A stretch of DNA of 61,406 nt, counting the filler. It is 4 parts of 4 records of this genome, joined end to end, with 100 filler letters (N's around TTAATTAATTAA, not from the genome) between each part and the next. Parts side by side here need not be neighbours in the genome. Positions count along the whole stretch, not along the records: positions 1 to 22,081 come from DRR723986_7143; 3 more parts are not named here. One strand, given 5' to 3'. The stretch's first letter is position 1. Each line of letters opens with the position of its first letter. The translations under genes were made by a program, and so were the position numbers. Under the pieces are notes generated by a model. That model was not told the origin of the DNA and made no database searches. It saw only the letters and a list, made by a program, of their open reading frames with translations. Positions 10,042 to 18,958 of this stretch are shown piece after piece.

Positions 10042-10866
10042 TTACAGATCCTCGTTGAACAGGCTGCCGGGTGCGTTTGATTGCATGCCGCCCGAAAGCG
10101 GCAAAATCGCCCCCGAAAGATAGGCCCCGCCGCGCCCGCACAAAAACTGCAAGGCGCCGGCGATGTCTTCGGGGCTGCCCACACGGCCCAGCGGCACGCC
10201 TTCGGCCGATTTGGCGCGCCCCTCTTCCGAGGCCAGTGCGAAAGCCGTCATCTTCGACACAAACGGGCCTGGCGCAATGGCATTCACGGTGATGAATTCA
10301 TGCGCCAGATCATTAGACAACACCCGCGTCATATGGTGCACCGCCCCTTTGGAAACGGCGTATGAATAGGTGGCTGTGCCTTTGGGGATATCGCCCATAA
10401 CGCTGCCCACATTGACTACGCGCGCCGGGTCTTCGGGGCGGGCCGCGGCGCGCAGCAGCGGCAGCAAGCTTTGGGTCAGGTGGAACATGCCGGTGACATT
10501 CAGCGACAACAGCTTGTCCCAGGCCTCGTAGGGGTGTTCGCCCAAAGGTGCCCCCCATGTGCGACCGGCGTTGTTCATCAGTATATGCAAAACATCGGTG
10601 CGCGCCTGAACCGCTTGGGCCAAGGCGGCAATGCCGTCTTGGGTGGCAACATCGCCGCCAAACCCCTCGACATGGCCGCGCAGGCCCAGCACATTCAGCT
10701 CGGCCGCTACGGCCTGGCAGGCATCGGCCTTGCGGCTGGCAATCAGCACCCGTGCCCCCGCCGCGGCCAGGCCATGGGCCGCCATGCGGCCAATGCCCGT
10801 GGCCCCGCCAGTGACCAGCGCCACCTTGCCAGACAGATCAAACAGGCTTTCTGGTGTCATATCCAT
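10042..10866 (-). CDS. SDR-family oxidoreductase (RhlG/FabG-like)
   Basis: TGGATGIG, NNAGRTWGA, YAVSK catalytic YxxxK. Confidence 0.88.
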   Translation of the reverse strand: MDMTPESLFDLSGKVALVTGGATGIGRMAAHGLAAAGARVLIASRKADACQAVAAELNVLGLRGHVEGFGGDVATQDGIAALAQAVQARTDVLHILMNNAGRTWGAPLGEHPYEAWDKLLSLNVTGMFHLTQSLLPLLRAAARPEDPARVVNVGSVMGDIPKGTATYSYAVSKGAVHHMTRVLSNDLAHEFITVNAIAPGPFVSKMTAFALASEEGRAKSAEGVPLGRVGSPEDIAGALQFLCGRGGAYLSGAILPLSGGMQSNAPGSLFNEDL

Positions 10867-10875
10867 TCTATCCCC

Positions 10876-12009
10876 CTAAAAGCCGCGCGCAGCGGCCACC
10901 TGTGCCGCGTGATAGCCGTAATCGCCCAGCCATTCGGTGCCCACGCGGGCGCGTTTCATGTAAAAGCCGATATCATAGGCATCTGTCATGCCGATGCCGC
11001 CATGCATCTGCACGCCTTCGCGCACCGCCAGATCCACCGTTTGCGCCGCGCGGGCCTTGGCCAGGGATACGGCCAAACCGGCCTCGGCGGGTGTGGCATC
11101 CAGCACCCGGCCGGCATTGGCAATGGCGCTGGCTGTCACCTCGATTTCGGCCCAAAGATGGGCTGCGCGGTGCTGCAACGCCTGAAAGCTGCCAATGGTG
11201 CGATCAAATTGCTTGCGCTCTTTCAGGTAGCCCACGGTCATGCCATAGGCGCCCCCGGCAACGCCCAGCAATTCGGCCGCAACAGCGGCTTGGCCCGCTT
11301 GCACCCCGCGCGAAAGCAGCGCCCAGCCATCATCCAGCGTGCCCAGCACCTCGTCGCCCGTGGCCTCGACCCCATCAAACAGCATCTGCGCATGATCTCG
11401 GCTGTCTACCGTGGCGCGGGCGGTTTTGCTCAGCCCGGCGCGATCGGCGGGAATGTCAAACAGGGTCAGCCCTGCGGCCTCGCCCGGGCCACCGGCGGTG
11501 CGCGCCAGAACCAGCACACGATCTGCACAGCCACCATCGGCCACAAAGGCCTTTGTGCCGCTTAGGCGAAACCCGTTGCCAGATTTTTCCGCCGCAAGCG
11601 TGGTGGTCAGCGGCGCGTGTTTGCGCCCCTCGTCCAGCGCTATGGCATAAAGCAGATCACCCTGCGCAATGGCGGCCAGGGCATCGGCGCTGTGCTGGCC
11701 CGCCGCCGCGCGCAAGGTGGTGGCCGCGATCACCGCGCTAGAGATAAAGGGGCTGGCCGCCAGGGTGCGGCCCATTTCCTCGGCCAGAATGCCCGCGGCA
11801 CGCTGGCCCATATCGGCGCCGCCCTGGGCCTCGGGCACCACAACGCCCGCCCAGCCCATTTGCGCCATTTCGCGCCACAGACCGGTATCAAACGGGCGGC
11901 CCTGGTCGCGGTTGGCCCGCAAATTTGCCACGGGCGCTGCATCGGCCAGAAAGCCGCGCGCCGCATCGCGCAGCATGGTTTCGTCTTCGGTTTCCAAAAG
12001 GCTTGTCAT
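10876..12009 (-). CDS. Acyl-CoA dehydrogenase, PimD-like small subunit
   Basis: RKQFDRTIGSFQALQH, QMHGGIG; degenerate EPxxGSD region (ALDEGRKH). Confidence 0.88.
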   Translation of the reverse strand: MTSLLETEDETMLRDAARGFLADAAPVANLRANRDQGRPFDTGLWREMAQMGWAGVVVPEAQGGADMGQRAAGILAEEMGRTLAASPFISSAVIAATTLRAAAGQHSADALAAIAQGDLLYAIALDEGRKHAPLTTTLAAEKSGNGFRLSGTKAFVADGGCADRVLVLARTAGGPGEAAGLTLFDIPADRAGLSKTARATVDSRDHAQMLFDGVEATGDEVLGTLDDGWALLSRGVQAGQAAVAAELLGVAGGAYGMTVGYLKERKQFDRTIGSFQALQHRAAHLWAEIEVTASAIANAGRVLDATPAEAGLAVSLAKARAAQTVDLAVREGVQMHGGIGMTDAYDIGFYMKRARVGTEWLGDYGYHAAQVAAARGF

Positions 12010-12017
12010 GATGGCCC

Positions 12018-13208
12018 CTAGCTGTTTGGCAGTTCAAGAACACGTTTGGCGATGATATCCAGCATCACTTCGCTGGTGCCGCCCTCGATAGAATTGGCCT
12101 TGGTGCGCAGCCATTCGGGGGCCAGGCTGCCATGCGGCCCATCCCATTCTACCGCCTCAGAGCCCGCCGCAGACATCAGCAGCTCGTAGCGCTCTTTGTT
12201 CAGCTCGGTTCCGTAATATTTCAGCATGGCGCTGGCATTCCCCACACCGCGCCCGGCCTCGGCCTGGTCTTTGTAGCGCTCCATCGTCATGGCAAAGGCC
12301 AGGGCATTCACCTCGATACGCATGGCTTCGGCGCGGGTCACAGGGTTATCCAAGGCGCCATCGAGATCACCCAGGAACTGCCCCAGCGAGCGCCCCCCCA
12401 ACAGCCCACGCGCGCCGCCGCCAATCATTTCGCGCTCATGCGTCAGCAGATATTTGGCAATATCCCAGCCACGGTTCACCTGCCCCACCACCGATGGGTT
12501 ATCTTCCCCATAGGATTTGGGCACTTTGACATTGTCGAAAAAGGTTTCGCAAAAGGGCGATTTGCCCGATATCAGCTGAATGGGGCGGGTGGTGACACCG
12601 GGGCTGTTCATATCGATCAACATGAACGAGATGCCCTTGTGCTTTGGCGCGTCGCGGTCGGTGCGCACCAAGGCGAAAATCCAATCGGCGCGATCGGCAT
12701 AGGATGTCCAGATTTTCTGGCCATTCACCAACCAATGATCGCCCATATCCTCGGCGCGGGTTTGCACATTGGCCAGATCGCTGCCTGCGCCCGGTTCGGA
12801 ATAGCCCTGACACCAGCGAATTTCACCGCGCGTGACGGGCAAAAGATGCGCCAGCTTTTGGGCATGGGTGCCAAATTCCAACAGCGCCGGGCCCAGCATC
12901 CACAAGCCAAAGCTTTCCAAGGGCGGCGGGGCTTGCAGGCGTTCTAGCTCTTCGCGGTAGATCTTTTCTTCGGCCCGCGACAGGCCCGCCCCGCCATATT
13001 CAACCGGCCAGCGCGGCGCAGTCATGCCCCGGGCGATGGCCGCCTGCATCCAGGTTTTTTGATCATCATCCTGAAATTGCCATTTGCGCCCGCCCCACAC
13101 GATGCGGTCTTCGCTTATCGGGCGCCCGCGCAGGGCGGCGGGGCAGGCGGATGTGATCCAATCGGCAATCGCTGTGCGGAACGCATCCAGTGCGGCAGTG
13201 TCAGGCAT
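12018..13208 (-). CDS. Acyl-CoA dehydrogenase, PimC-like large subunit
   Basis: WCQGYSEPGAGSDLA, NGQKIWTS, FFDNVKVP, SIEGGTSE; GGAGG RBS before MPDT. Confidence 0.9.
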   Translation of the reverse strand: MPDTAALDAFRTAIADWITSACPAALRGRPISEDRIVWGGRKWQFQDDDQKTWMQAAIARGMTAPRWPVEYGGAGLSRAEEKIYREELERLQAPPPLESFGLWMLGPALLEFGTHAQKLAHLLPVTRGEIRWCQGYSEPGAGSDLANVQTRAEDMGDHWLVNGQKIWTSYADRADWIFALVRTDRDAPKHKGISFMLIDMNSPGVTTRPIQLISGKSPFCETFFDNVKVPKSYGEDNPSVVGQVNRGWDIAKYLLTHEREMIGGGARGLLGGRSLGQFLGDLDGALDNPVTRAEAMRIEVNALAFAMTMERYKDQAEAGRGVGNASAMLKYYGTELNKERYELLMSAAGSEAVEWDGPHGSLAPEWLRTKANSIEGGTSEVMLDIIAKRVLELPNS

Positions 13209-13229
13209 TGGTCTCCTCCCAGAAACATA

Positions 13230-13244
13230 TTTTGCAGTGCGAAA
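13230..13244. promoter_or_regulatory. Putative IclR-family operator
   Basis: TTTTGCAGTGCGAAA, near-palindrome 22 nt upstream of the first gene of the operon. Confidence 0.55.
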
Positions 13245-13322
13245 TTGAATTCCGTCGTTACTGCTAGGCAATATCAACCGGCGGGCATGGTCAAGCCACA
13301 GTTCAGCTTAAAACCAAATAAC

Positions 13323-13359
13323 GCAACGGCAGCACGGCACGGGGCCAGGCTGCCGTTGC
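13323..13359 (-). terminator. Stem-loop after the CoA ligase gene (probable terminator)
   Basis: GCAACGGCAGC...GCTGCCGTTGC 11-bp stem, followed by GTTATTT on the minus strand. Confidence 0.55.
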
Positions 13360-13367
13360 AGCAAAAA

Positions 13368-14999
13368 TCAGCGCAAATCGGGCAGCTGATAATCGGCAAA
13401 TTGTTGGCGCAATGTCAGCTTTGATACCTTGCCCGTGGCGGTCAGCGGCAGGGCATCTACCCAGATCACATCATCGGGCAGCTGCCATTTGGCAAAATGT
13501 TCAGACATATGGGTGTGGATATCGTCAAGCGCGGGCTTGTCAGCGCCGGCGGCCACAGCCACCAACACTGGCCGCTCGTCCCATTTGGGGTGGGGCATGG
13601 CGATGGCTGCACAGGCGGCAATGCCCGGATGCGCCATGGCCACATTTTCCAGATCAATCGACGAAATCCATTCGCCCCCGGATTTGATCAGGTCTTTCGA
13701 ACGGTCCTGGATCGTCAAAATGCCATTCTCATCGATCGAGGCGATATCGCCCGTGCCGAACCAGCCCTCGGCATCCACCGCTTTGGCGCTGGCCTCGGGG
13801 TTGTTGAAATAGCCCGAAACAATGGTGTTGCCGCGCACGAATAATTCGCCCACCGCCTTGCCATCATGGGCCACACGTTGGCCGTTATCATCGATGATTT
13901 TTAGCTGCACGCCAAAGGCACGGCGCCCCTGTTTGGCCTTTACATCTACCATCTTATCAAAGGGCAGCTCTTTCACCCATTTGGGCATATTGCCATGGGT
14001 GCCGATCGGGCTCATTTCGGTCATGCCCCAGGCATGGCCCACATTCACGCCCATTTTCTCGAATGTTTCGATCATTTTGCGCGGCGCGGCCGAGCCGCCG
14101 ACCACCACATCGGAAAAGCCCGATGGCTTGCGCCCCTGTTTTTGGATCTCGCCCAGCAGGCCCATCCAAACCGTGGGCACACCCCATGCCGAGAAGACAT
14201 TTTCTTGATCCATCAGCCTGAACAGGCTTTCGCCATCCAGCGCGCCGCCGGGCATCACCAGCGAATGGCCCAACAAAGGCGAGGCATAGGGAATGCCCCA
14301 GGCATTCACATGAAACAGCGGCACCACCGGCAGCACGCGCGCCTCTTCGGGGATAGACTGGCCCATGATCAGCCCCACCATCATGGCGTGCAGCACAGTC
14401 GAGCGGTTGGAATAAAGCGCGCCCTTGGGGTTGCCCGTGGTGCCCGAGGTATAGCACAGGCCCGCGGCGGTGTTTTCGTCAAATTCGGGCCATTCGAAAC
14501 TGTCTGGCTGCTCTTCCAGCAGCTCTTCGTAGCACAGCGCATCCAGGGTGTTTTCTGGCATATGCGCGCGGTCTGTCATGATGACAAAGCGCAAATCACT
14601 GGGCAATTCGCTGCGCACAGCCTGCAGAATGGGCACAAAGGTGGTATCCACGAAAATCAGCTTATCTTCGGCGTGATTGACGATGTAGATCAGCTGCTCG
14701 GCCGACAGGCGTGGGTTGATCGTGTGACACACCGCACCTTGGCCAGAAATCGCATAATACAGCTCGAAATGGCGATAACCGTTCCATGCCAGCGTGGCCA
14801 CCCGATCGCCCAGCTGCACGCCAAGCGCCTTTAGGGCATTGGCCAGCTGATACACACGGCGCAGCGTTTGCGGGTATGTTTGGCGGTGAATATCACCCTC
14901 GGTGCGCACCGAAATAATCTCGGCCTTGGCATGCGCCTCGGCGGCGTATTCCAGAATGTTACTGATCAGCAACGGTCTGTGCTGCATCATGCCCTGCAT
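13368..14999 (-). CDS. Medium/long-chain fatty acid-CoA ligase (AlkK/DmdB-like)
   Basis: MQGMMQHRPLLIS start with GGAGG RBS; ATLAWN, CYTSGTTGNPKG, WGMTEMSP, DRSKDLIKSGGEWISS, ATGK. Confidence 0.92.
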   Translation of the reverse strand: MQGMMQHRPLLISNILEYAAEAHAKAEIISVRTEGDIHRQTYPQTLRRVYQLANALKALGVQLGDRVATLAWNGYRHFELYYAISGQGAVCHTINPRLSAEQLIYIVNHAEDKLIFVDTTFVPILQAVRSELPSDLRFVIMTDRAHMPENTLDALCYEELLEEQPDSFEWPEFDENTAAGLCYTSGTTGNPKGALYSNRSTVLHAMMVGLIMGQSIPEEARVLPVVPLFHVNAWGIPYASPLLGHSLVMPGGALDGESLFRLMDQENVFSAWGVPTVWMGLLGEIQKQGRKPSGFSDVVVGGSAAPRKMIETFEKMGVNVGHAWGMTEMSPIGTHGNMPKWVKELPFDKMVDVKAKQGRRAFGVQLKIIDDNGQRVAHDGKAVGELFVRGNTIVSGYFNNPEASAKAVDAEGWFGTGDIASIDENGILTIQDRSKDLIKSGGEWISSIDLENVAMAHPGIAACAAIAMPHPKWDERPVLVAVAAGADKPALDDIHTHMSEHFAKWQLPDDVIWVDALPLTATGKVSKLTLRQQFADYQLPDLR

Positions 15000-15050
15000 G
15001 GCATCCTCCCTGAATGTGCTCCCTGTTCCGCAGGTTAACGCTGGGGGCGC

Positions 15051-15114
15051 GTTTGCCAAATGGAAAACGCAAAAAACCCAAGCGAATTTGCACCATTTTT
15101 TCCATATAGCGGAA
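15051..15114. promoter_or_regulatory. Two putative IclR-family operators in the divergent promoter region
   Basis: GTTTGCCAAATGGAA (15051-15065) and TTCCATATAGCGGAA (15100-15114). Confidence 0.6.
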
Positions 15115-15218
15115 TGCCGTTGCGTCATTTCACAGCTGGCTTGAGGCAGGGGCGCAGCATGGCCTAGGCTTTGCACCAACAGGCCCACATGCCGCGGGCC
15201 ACCGATGGAGGGGACCAC

Positions 15219-16184
15219 GTGAAGGCAATCATCTGCAAAGAATTCGCACCACTGGATGCGCTGGAATATGGCGATATCGCCGCCCCCGAGGCCACTGGCG
15301 ACTCCGTGCTGATCAAGGTCGAGGCGGCAGGCGTAAACTACCCCGACGGGCTGTTGGTGCAGGGGCTTTACCAAATGCGCCCCGAACACCCGTTCATCCC
15401 CGGGATGGAGGCCGCAGGCACCGTGGTGGCCCTGGGCCCCGATGCCAGCGGTATTGCCGTGGGCAGCCGTGTGGCCACGATCTGTTCGCTTGGCGGATAT
15501 GCCGAAATGGTGGCTGCACCGCAGGGCCGGGTGTTTCCCATTGGCGATATGGATGCAGCCGAGGTATGCGCGCTGATGGTGGCCTTTGGCACCTCGCATC
15601 ACGCGTTGAAACAGCGCGCCAATCTGCAGCCCGGTGAAACCCTGCTGGTAACTGGCGCCGCAGGGGCCACGGGCATTGCCGCCATACAGATCGGCAAGAT
15701 CATGGGCGCAAAGGTTATCGCCGTGGCATCAACCCCGGAAAAACGCGCCATCGCGGTGGAAAACGGGGCCGATCACGCGATTGGCTATGAAAACCTGAAA
15801 GACGAAATCAAATCGCTGACCGGCGGCAAGGGCGTGGATGTGGCCTTTGAATCGGTCGGGGGCGAGGCCTTTGCCGCCTGTGCCCGCGGCATGGCCCGCA
15901 ACGGGCGGCTGTTGGTGATAGGCTTTGCCGGTGGCGAAATTCCAAAACTGCCGGTGAACCTGACGCTGGTGAAAGAATACAGCGTTGTGGGCGTGTTCTG
16001 GGGCAATTTCACCCGGTTTGAACCGGCGGTTTACGCCCAGAATATGGAAGAATTGCTGGGCTGGTACAAAAGCGGCCAGGTCAAACCGCTGATCGAGGGG
16101 CGCTATCCTTTGGCGCAGGCGGCCGAAGTGCTAAAACGCGTTCTGGGGCGTGGCGCCACCGGCAAGATTGCCCTGATCCCGTAA
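15219..16184 (+). CDS. NADPH:quinone oxidoreductase-family MDR
   Basis: GTG start after GGAGG; GVNYPD, PFIPGME, GAAGATG, IGFAGGEIP. Confidence 0.9.
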   Translation: MKAIICKEFAPLDALEYGDIAAPEATGDSVLIKVEAAGVNYPDGLLVQGLYQMRPEHPFIPGMEAAGTVVALGPDASGIAVGSRVATICSLGGYAEMVAAPQGRVFPIGDMDAAEVCALMVAFGTSHHALKQRANLQPGETLLVTGAAGATGIAAIQIGKIMGAKVIAVASTPEKRAIAVENGADHAIGYENLKDEIKSLTGGKGVDVAFESVGGEAFAACARGMARNGRLLVIGFAGGEIPKLPVNLTLVKEYSVVGVFWGNFTRFEPAVYAQNMEELLGWYKSGQVKPLIEGRYPLAQAAEVLKRVLGRGATGKIALIP

Positions 16185-16208
16185 CGCAGCAATGGGGGCC
16201 TATGCCCC

Positions 16209-17030
16209 CTAACCGCCAATGTGGCGCACAGCATTGACCATATGCAACAGCCTTGGGCCCAGCTCGGCCTCCAGCCGCTCACGCGGCAAAACAAAGGCCG
16301 GGCCACCAAGGTTAAAGGCCAAAAGCGGCGCATCCCCTTGCGGCGAGATATAGGGCACCGACACCGAATTGATGTCAGTTTGCCACTCGCCCACATTGCA
16401 ATAAAACCCACGCTCGGCAATTTGGGCGCGTGCATCTTCGATACCTTCACGCAGGCGCGGCCATTCTTCGGGGCCGGCACGCTGGGCGATACGCTCGAAT
16501 AATTCGGCGCGCTCGGCCTCGGGGGCAACGGCCAGATACGCCCGCCCCACGGCCGAGCGGCTAAGCGATATGCGCGAGCCCACATTCAGCTGCAGCGAGA
16601 TCATTCCCCGCGTCGCGCGCGCCGTGGCGATATAGGTCATGGTCAGGTCATCGCGCCCCCCCATGCCCACCAGCACGCCATCGCCGCATTCATCGGCCAA
16701 TTGCTGCATCAAGGGCTGTGCGGTTTCGCGCACCTTCATGCCCCCCAAACAGGCATAGCCCAACCCCAGCACCGGCACCCCCATACGGTAGCGCCCGGTT
16801 GCCTCGTCATACACCAGATACCCCAGCTTCAGCAGCGTATAGGTCAGCCGCGAAACGGTAGAGTTGGGCAGCCCCGTGCGCGCCGCCAGTTCCCGGTTGC
16901 CAAGGCCCAGCTTATCTTCGGTGGAAAAGGCGCGCAAAATATCCAGGCCACGGTGCAACGCGGTCACAAATTGGCGGTCGCCGCTTTCGGCCTCGGCATT
17001 CTCTGCCAGCTCTTGTATCCGCTTTCTCAC
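16209..17030 (-). CDS. IclR-family transcriptional regulator
   Basis: FVTALHRGLDILRAF, HTH ELAARTGLPNSTVSRLTYTL, SAVGRAYLA, IclR effector domain. Confidence 0.93.
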   Translation of the reverse strand: MRKRIQELAENAEAESGDRQFVTALHRGLDILRAFSTEDKLGLGNRELAARTGLPNSTVSRLTYTLLKLGYLVYDEATGRYRMGVPVLGLGYACLGGMKVRETAQPLMQQLADECGDGVLVGMGGRDDLTMTYIATARATRGMISLQLNVGSRISLSRSAVGRAYLAVAPEAERAELFERIAQRAGPEEWPRLREGIEDARAQIAERGFYCNVGEWQTDINSVSVPYISPQGDAPLLAFNLGGPAFVLPRERLEAELGPRLLHMVNAVRHIGG

Positions 17031-17088
17031 CGTATCGTTCCTGTTTTCATTGGGTTTCTGGCCCTATGCCAAACCGCGCGCCCCGCGG

Positions 17089-18762
17089 TCAAGCAGCGCC
17101 CGCTTTTTCGCGCTCGGCCAATTCGCGCCACAACACCTTGCCACTGCCCGATTTTGGCAAGCTTTCCACAAATTCCACCACGGTCGGGCATTTATAAGCC
17201 GCCATTTGCCCGCGGCACCAGGCGATCACATCATCACCCGACAGCTGGCCATTGGCGCCAGCGCGTGGCACCACAACCGCCTTTACCGTTTCGCCCCGCC
17301 GCCCATCGGGGGTGCCGATAATGCAAGCCTCGGCGATATCGGGGTGATGGTGCATCATCGCCTCTACCTCGGCGGGCCATACTTTGAAACCGCTGGCATT
17401 GATCATGCGCTTGACCCGATCGACCATATAAAAATAGCCGTCAGGATCGACATAGCCCAAATCGCCAGTGCGGAAAAACCGCTTTCCATCCATCTGGAAA
17501 AACGATTTTTCGGTTTCCTCGGGGCGGTTCCAATAGCCCAAAAACACCTGCGGGCCGTGGGTGACAATTTCGCCCACCTCGCCCTGGGGCAGCTCTTGCA
17601 GCGTATCGGGGTTTACCACGCGGCTATCCACCTCGAACACAGGGATGCCCAAACATTGCCGCCGGGCGGCATGCACGGGGTTGATATGGGTGGCGGCCAT
17701 GGTTTCGCTTAGGCCATAACCCTCGACATAATGCAGGCCCGTCAGATCAAACAGTTTTTTCGCCACCGCCTCGGGCATGGCGGCGCCTCCGCCCCCAATC
17801 GCAACAAGGCTGGACAGATCGTAATCTGCAGCATTCGGGGCATTCAGCAGATCGATCGCCATGGTCGAGATCGAGCGCCAGCGCGTCACCCGATACCGGC
17901 GGATCAATTGCGCCGCCACATCGCGGTTCCAGCGGGTCATCAGCACAATGGCACTGCCCGCAATGATGGGCCCGTTCATACAGGCCTGCATGCCAGTTAC
18001 GTGAAACAGCGGCAGCGCCGCCAGGTTTACATCGGCCTCGGTGGCGGGGTTCCACACCACGCCCCCCCAAGCGGTGACATTCACCGTGAAATGGCTGTGC
18101 ATACAGCCCTTGGGCTTGCCCGTTGTGCCCGAGCTATAGGGGATAACCGCCAGATCACCAGCCTGCGCCAAATGCGCGCGCGCAGCATGGCCCGCCGCCA
18201 GTGCATCGGCCCAGCGCACCACCCGCGGATCGGCAATTTGGCTGGCCGACTGGGCATCCAGATCGCCCGGCAAGGCGATGGTGCGGGCGGGATGGGCGGC
18301 CTCGGCATAGGTGGCGGCCAGAATGGTGCCCAGTGCGCCGTCATCCAGCAGTGGGGTGGCATGATCTAACAGCTCTTGCCCGGCCAACATGACACGCGCG
18401 CCGGTATCTTCGGCGATATGGCGCAGCTCGGCCACGCGGCTCATGGGGTTGACGGGCACCACCACCGCATCAGCGCGCAAAATAGCGTAGTAGCCCACAA
18501 TGAATTGCGGGCTGTTTTGCATATACAGCAAAACCCTGTCGCCCTGTGCCACGCCTTGGGCCTGCTGCAAATAGCCCGCCAGCGCCTCGACCTGTGCCAG
18601 CAATGCGCCATAGCTGGTTTCAGCCTCGTGATAGATCAGCGCCGGCCGCGCTGGGTGGCGCGCAGCGGTTTTCTTTAGGTTGTCAAACAGGCTGCCTGTG
18701 GGCCAGCCGGTGGTTTCCGGCACGCCCGGTGGCCAAACTTTCATATGCAAGCGGTTGCTCAT
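17089..18762 (-). CDS. Long-chain fatty acid-CoA ligase
   Basis: PYSSGTTGKPKG, EGYGLSET, FRTGDLG, DRVKRMINASG, PKSGSGK; start at MSNRLH. Confidence 0.92.
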   Translation of the reverse strand: MSNRLHMKVWPPGVPETTGWPTGSLFDNLKKTAARHPARPALIYHEAETSYGALLAQVEALAGYLQQAQGVAQGDRVLLYMQNSPQFIVGYYAILRADAVVVPVNPMSRVAELRHIAEDTGARVMLAGQELLDHATPLLDDGALGTILAATYAEAAHPARTIALPGDLDAQSASQIADPRVVRWADALAAGHAARAHLAQAGDLAVIPYSSGTTGKPKGCMHSHFTVNVTAWGGVVWNPATEADVNLAALPLFHVTGMQACMNGPIIAGSAIVLMTRWNRDVAAQLIRRYRVTRWRSISTMAIDLLNAPNAADYDLSSLVAIGGGGAAMPEAVAKKLFDLTGLHYVEGYGLSETMAATHINPVHAARRQCLGIPVFEVDSRVVNPDTLQELPQGEVGEIVTHGPQVFLGYWNRPEETEKSFFQMDGKRFFRTGDLGYVDPDGYFYMVDRVKRMINASGFKVWPAEVEAMMHHHPDIAEACIIGTPDGRRGETVKAVVVPRAGANGQLSGDDVIAWCRGQMAAYKCPTVVEFVESLPKSGSGKVLWRELAEREKAGAA

Positions 18763-18836
18763 ACGGTTGCAACACCCGGCCCGCAGGCCGCCCCCCCTTT
18801 TGTTCCCAGCACAGGTTTGCACAGGCTTGCGCGCTT

Positions 18837-18872
18837 GTCCAGAAATTCGGAATTTGGTTCCGCATGGTGGGA
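18837..18872. promoter_or_regulatory. Tandem putative IclR-family operators
   Basis: GTCCAGAAATTCGGAA (18837-18852) and TTCCGCATGGTGGGA (18858-18872), centres about 20-21 bp apart. Confidence 0.5.
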
Positions 18873-18958
18873 TGCTGTTTGAGGTGCAGTTTGGGGCGAT
18901 GGTTGCAGCAGCGGCGTTGGCGCGGTATGGGCGGGGCAGCAAGCAAAGGGATTCGACC

